DNA of 32,756 nt from Gammaproteobacteria bacterium (GTDB taxonomy: Bacteria > Pseudomonadota > Gammaproteobacteria > JABDGN01), in NCBI GenBank assembly GCA_044375265.1, contig JBILMY010000001.1, forward strand, positions 1 to 32,756. The letters are read 5' to 3'. Under the pieces are notes generated by a model that did no database searches, was not told the origin of the DNA, and was given only the letters and a program-made list of their open reading frames with translations. Both the position numbers and the translations under genes were made by a program. Shown here in pieces: positions 29,943-32,756 of this stretch. The first letter of the stretch is position 1. Each line of letters begins with the position of its first letter.

Positions 29943-30638
29943 CTACCCCGCTATCGCCGCTTCGTCAATCACAAGGCCAAGACCCATCGTGCTCGACAGC
30001 GTGATTTTCTTTAAGTAAATTCCTTTAGAACTGCTGGGCTTTAATTTTTTTAAATCATTGATCACAGCACGGATATTTTCTTCTAAATCTGCAGGGGCAA
30101 AATTCACACGGCCAACGCTGCAATGAATCAGTCCATTTTTATCGGTACGGTATTGGGCTTGACCTGATTTGGCATTGCGCACAGCAGTAGCCACATCCGT
30201 CGTAACCGTTCCCACTTTTGGATTAGGCATGAGTCCGCGCGGTCCTAAGATTTGACCAAGCTGACCGATATGACGCATTGCATCAGGGGTCGCAATCAAT
30301 ACATCAAAATCAAGCTCTCCTGCTTTGATTTTTTGCGCTAAATCTTGAAAGCCTACAATATCAGCCCCAGCATTTTTAGCCGCTTCTGCAGGCGCGCCTT
30401 CAGTAAAGACGGCTACACGCACAGTACGGCCATTGCCTTTGGGTAAAATAGTAGCGCCGCGTACGGATTGATCAGATTTCTTCGCATCAATCCCCAGATT
30501 CACTGCCAAATCAATGGATTCATTGAATTTTTTGCTAGCGTGTTTTTTTAAAATTTCAGTCGCTTCTACAATGGTATACCGTTTACTTTTATCAACAGTA
30601 GCAATCATCGCTTTTCTGCGTTTCGTCATTTGAGCCAT
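29943..30638 (-). CDS. rplA: 50S ribosomal protein L1
   Basis: [24 protein letters not shown]...[16 protein letters not shown] matches L1. Length is 231 aa. Confidence 0.96.
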   Translation of the reverse strand: MAQMTKRRKAMIATVDKSKRYTIVEATEILKKHASKKFNESIDLAVNLGIDAKKSDQSVRGATILPKGNGRTVRVAVFTEGAPAEAAKNAGADIVGFQDLAQKIKAGELDFDVLIATPDAMRHIGQLGQILGPRGLMPNPKVGTVTTDVATAVRNAKSGQAQYRTDKNGLIHCSVGRVNFAPADLEENIRAVINDLKKLKPSSSKGIYLKKITLSSTMGLGLVIDEAAIAG

Positions 30639-31120
30639 TATACACCTGCCTTAGCTTTCGCTGATTTTTTAAGCGCGGCCTCGGGAACACCAATGCCCAT
30701 GCTTTTTGCACTACCTGCGACAGAACGCACTGCTGCTTCTACGCTTGCTGCGGTCAAGTCAGGCGTTTTTTGTTTAGCAATTTCCACCAAGTCTTCGTAT
30801 TTGATATCGGCAATTTTTTCTTTACCGGGCGTTTTGCTGCCGGTTTTGATACCCAATTTCAAGAGCCATTTTTTGAGGAAGAAGCTCGTGGGCGGCGTTT
30901 TGGTAATAAAGGTGAAACTGCGATCAGAATATACCGTAATAACCACGGGTAATGGTACATCTTTTTCCACGTTCATTTCTTTGGTTCTGGCATTAAATGA
31001 TTTGCAGAACTCCATGATGTTAACGCCATTTTGACCCAAGGCTGGTCCAATGGGTGGCGCGGGTGTCGCAGCTTGCGACTTCACTTGCAGCTTAATATAA
31101 GCTTGTATTTTCTTTGCCAT
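30638..31120 (-). CDS. rplK: 50S ribosomal protein L11 with a Lys/Ala-rich C-terminal extension
   Basis: [13 protein letters not shown]...[23 protein letters not shown] matches L11. It is 160 aa against about 142 in E. coli (from memory), and its stop overlaps the rplA ATG (TAATG). Confidence 0.93.
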   Translation of the reverse strand: MAKKIQAYIKLQVKSQAATPAPPIGPALGQNGVNIMEFCKSFNARTKEMNVEKDVPLPVVITVYSDRSFTFITKTPPTSFFLKKWLLKLGIKTGSKTPGKEKIADIKYEDLVEIAKQKTPDLTAASVEAAVRSVAGSAKSMGIGVPEAALKKSAKAKAGV

Positions 31121-31180
31121 GTTATTTGTCTCCTAGAGGTACAAGCGTGCTGATAAAGCACTCCCTCATGATAATGATAT
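31121..31180 (-). promoter_or_regulatory. rplK 5' leader, possible L1-binding autoregulatory stem
   Basis: The minus strand reads GAGG-gagtgctttatcagcacgcttgta-CCTC with an inner GTGCT/AGCAC stem, immediately before the SD AGGAG. In E. coli, L1 regulates the L11 operon at the rplK leader. The structure is not verified. Confidence 0.25.
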
Positions 31181-31210
31181 TGTTATTTTTCGTTGGCACA
31201 AAAAATAACC

Positions 31211-31825
31211 CTATATTTTTTCTTTTTGAACTTCAGTAAAATTCAAATCGACGGTCGTTTCACGACCAAAAATGAGAACGCCAACTTTTAAGCTTGCATT
31301 TTCATAATTCACTTCTTTAATTTCGCCCCTGAATCCTTTGAAAGGTCCTTCGCTGATTTCAACCAATTGACCTACTTCAAAATTCAATTTCTGTCTGGGT
31401 TTATCGGTACCCTCTTGAATTTGATCCAGCATTTTTTGGGTTTCTTTCGGGCTTAACGGCAAAGGCAAGGCTTCTTCTCCCAGCACATTGTCACCATTTT
31501 TATCAACACCCTTAGGCCCAATAAATCCAGAAATCCCTTTGGTTTTTTTCACCAAATGCCAGGTATCGCGGTTCATCGTCATTTCAAGCAGCATATAGCC
31601 GGGAAAGAGTTTGCGCTCTGTTTCTTTTTCATTGCCGTCTTTTTTGCGTTCTACCACTTTTTCAGTGGGAATTAAAATACGACCAAAAAAATGCTTAAAT
31701 TCGGTTTCATCAATACGGGCTTGTAAGCGCTCAGACACTTCTTTTTCATACCCAGGTCTGACTTGCACGACAAAAAATTTTTTCGAGTTATTATCAGTAT
31801 TGTGTGCTGATGTATGTTCTTGCAT
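31211..31825 (-). CDS. nusG: Transcription termination/antitermination factor NusG
   Basis: It has an NGN domain (FFVVQVRPGYEKEV...LFPGYMLLEM) and a KOW domain (GQLVEISEGPFKGFRGEIKEV). At 204 aa it has an N-terminal extension and an insertion in the linker. Confidence 0.9.
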   Translation of the reverse strand: MQEHTSAHNTDNNSKKFFVVQVRPGYEKEVSERLQARIDETEFKHFFGRILIPTEKVVERKKDGNEKETERKLFPGYMLLEMTMNRDTWHLVKKTKGISGFIGPKGVDKNGDNVLGEEALPLPLSPKETQKMLDQIQEGTDKPRQKLNFEVGQLVEISEGPFKGFRGEIKEVNYENASLKVGVLIFGRETTVDLNFTEVQKEKI

Positions 31826-31828
31826 ATC

Positions 31829-32212
31829 TTATCCTCGTTGACCAATTAAAAGGCCAATAAACCAATATAAAAAAGTATCCAGTCCCCAAATAATGAGCGA
31901 CAACAAAATCACGAGTCCTATTACCACAAGCGTCATTCTGACCGTATCCTGTCTATTCGGCCACACGACTTTATAGAGTTCCATACGGGCCACGGTGGCA
32001 AACTTCCAGGCTTTTTGCCCTTGCGAGGTAAAAAACACGATGGCAATCAAAAACCCGATGCCAACAATCCAAGCAATAATACGCAGATAAATATCAACGA
32101 GTTGATACTGATAATTCAGCACCACACCTGCGATCAGCAACAATAGAGCAAGACCCCATAAAATAAGGTCTTTGGCACGAAAAGCGCGTTGTTTTTTATC
32201 GATATCTGACAC
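31829..32212 (-). CDS. secE: Preprotein translocase subunit SecE (three-TM form)
   Basis: The C-terminal conserved part (ELYKVVWPNRQDTVRMTLVVIGLVILLSLIIWGLD) resembles my recollection of E. coli SecE. The start codon is GTG at 32210-32212, and the gene precedes nusG. Confidence 0.88.
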   Translation of the reverse strand: MSDIDKKQRAFRAKDLILWGLALLLLIAGVVLNYQYQLVDIYLRIIAWIVGIGFLIAIVFFTSQGQKAWKFATVARMELYKVVWPNRQDTVRMTLVVIGLVILLSLIIWGLDTFLYWFIGLLIGQRG

Positions 32213-32434
32213 AGTATTAATACGCTAAGAGAAGACTGAACTGGCGATTCTACAATATCTTTGAAGAAAATACAAGGGATTTTTGAGAAAATAGCATTTT
32301 TCTAGGAAAAGCAATAAATATAAGAGTTTCTTTAAAATACTATATTCCTTTACTTTTAATATATTAATGTATTAATGTATATGTATTTCTTTTGCTTTAA
32401 TTATCTTGTTGATATTAAAGGTGTTTTTAAAAAT

Positions 32435-32491
32435 TTACTTATAAACTTACTTGTAACCTCATTCAAATTAGTTATAAACTTACTTATTAAG
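32435..32491 (+). repeat. Direct repeat TTATAAACTTACTT x2, 33 bp apart, in AT-rich non-coding DNA
   Basis: Cores are at 32439-32452 and 32472-32485. A nearby tandem ATTAATGT-ATTAATGT lies at 32363-32378. Confidence 0.6.
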
Positions 32492-32551
32492 TTAAAACTT
32501 TTATTCTTTATATACTCAAATGACTAGAGATTTCCCGATTTAAAAAATTGT

Positions 32552-32609
32552 TTCACCTCTCCCCTTGCGGGAGAGGTCGAGCCAGCAACGCTGGCGAGGG
32601 AGAGGGGTA
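32552..32609. repeat. Family D element, inverted copy with a different middle hairpin
   Basis: The sequence is ttcacctctccccttgcgggagaggtcga-gccagc-aac-gctggc-gagggagaggggta. Its reverse complement aligns with 17738-17789 except that the middle hairpin is replaced. Confidence 0.8.
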
Positions 32610-32756
32610 CCAAACAACCTTTTAAAATTAAATAGGTCTACATCTCTGAAAATTTTCAGTCAGCAATGTGCGCAATGATTCTCGATGATTTTCCATTGCT
32701 CTGAAAAAATTTCTACAGCTCTCCTCAAACTCAGAGAAGCTTAGGAAAAATCTATT

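Noticed and set aside
31181-31210. An AT-rich hairpin (GTTATTTTT-N10-AAAAATAAC) directly after the nusG stop, considered as a terminator.
   Set aside because: On the transcribed minus strand it is not followed by a U-run, and the stem is almost all A/T. rplK is normally co-transcribed or has its own promoter here, so the evidence is too weak to call.

Overview
This window is a chromosomal, mostly core-genome segment of an AT-rich Gammaproteobacterium. The proteins look Legionellales/Coxiella-like, but that is inference from remembered sequences, with no search run. Gene order, left to right: a partial MFS transporter, a surA-like gene, yajQ and zipA (+); a coq7 operon with two unknown envelope proteins (-); an S8 subtilase and a small beta-barrel outer-membrane protein (+); fabG and murJ (-); a DUF1289 gene (-) divergent from ileS-lspA-ispH (+); an orphan 540-aa polytopic membrane protein (-); tRNA-Arg(ACG) (+); then yhbY, mreB, lpdA, rpoC, rpoB, rplL, rplJ, rplA, rplK, nusG and secE (all -); and finally more than 500 bp of AT-rich non-coding DNA. 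I see no convincing multi-gene defence, secretion, toxin or classical mobile-element system: no integrase, transposase, CRISPR array or phage genes. What the gene list does not explain is a dense set of small structured palindromic elements. I count 14 copies in 5 sequence families (called A to E here). They sit at gene boundaries, and at least four copies lie in frame inside open reading frames, including two unrelated elements inside the essential ileS gene. Families C, D and E share a modular architecture with compensatory stem changes, and family B has the GTAG-plus-palindrome form of REP elements. Secondary points are very tight rpoC-lpdA-mreB linkage, the orphan membrane protein next to tRNA-Arg, a possibly leaderless ileS, and the AT-rich tract upstream of secE. 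All functional calls rest on motif recognition by eye, and coordinates of repeats and regulatory sites are approximate to a few bases.
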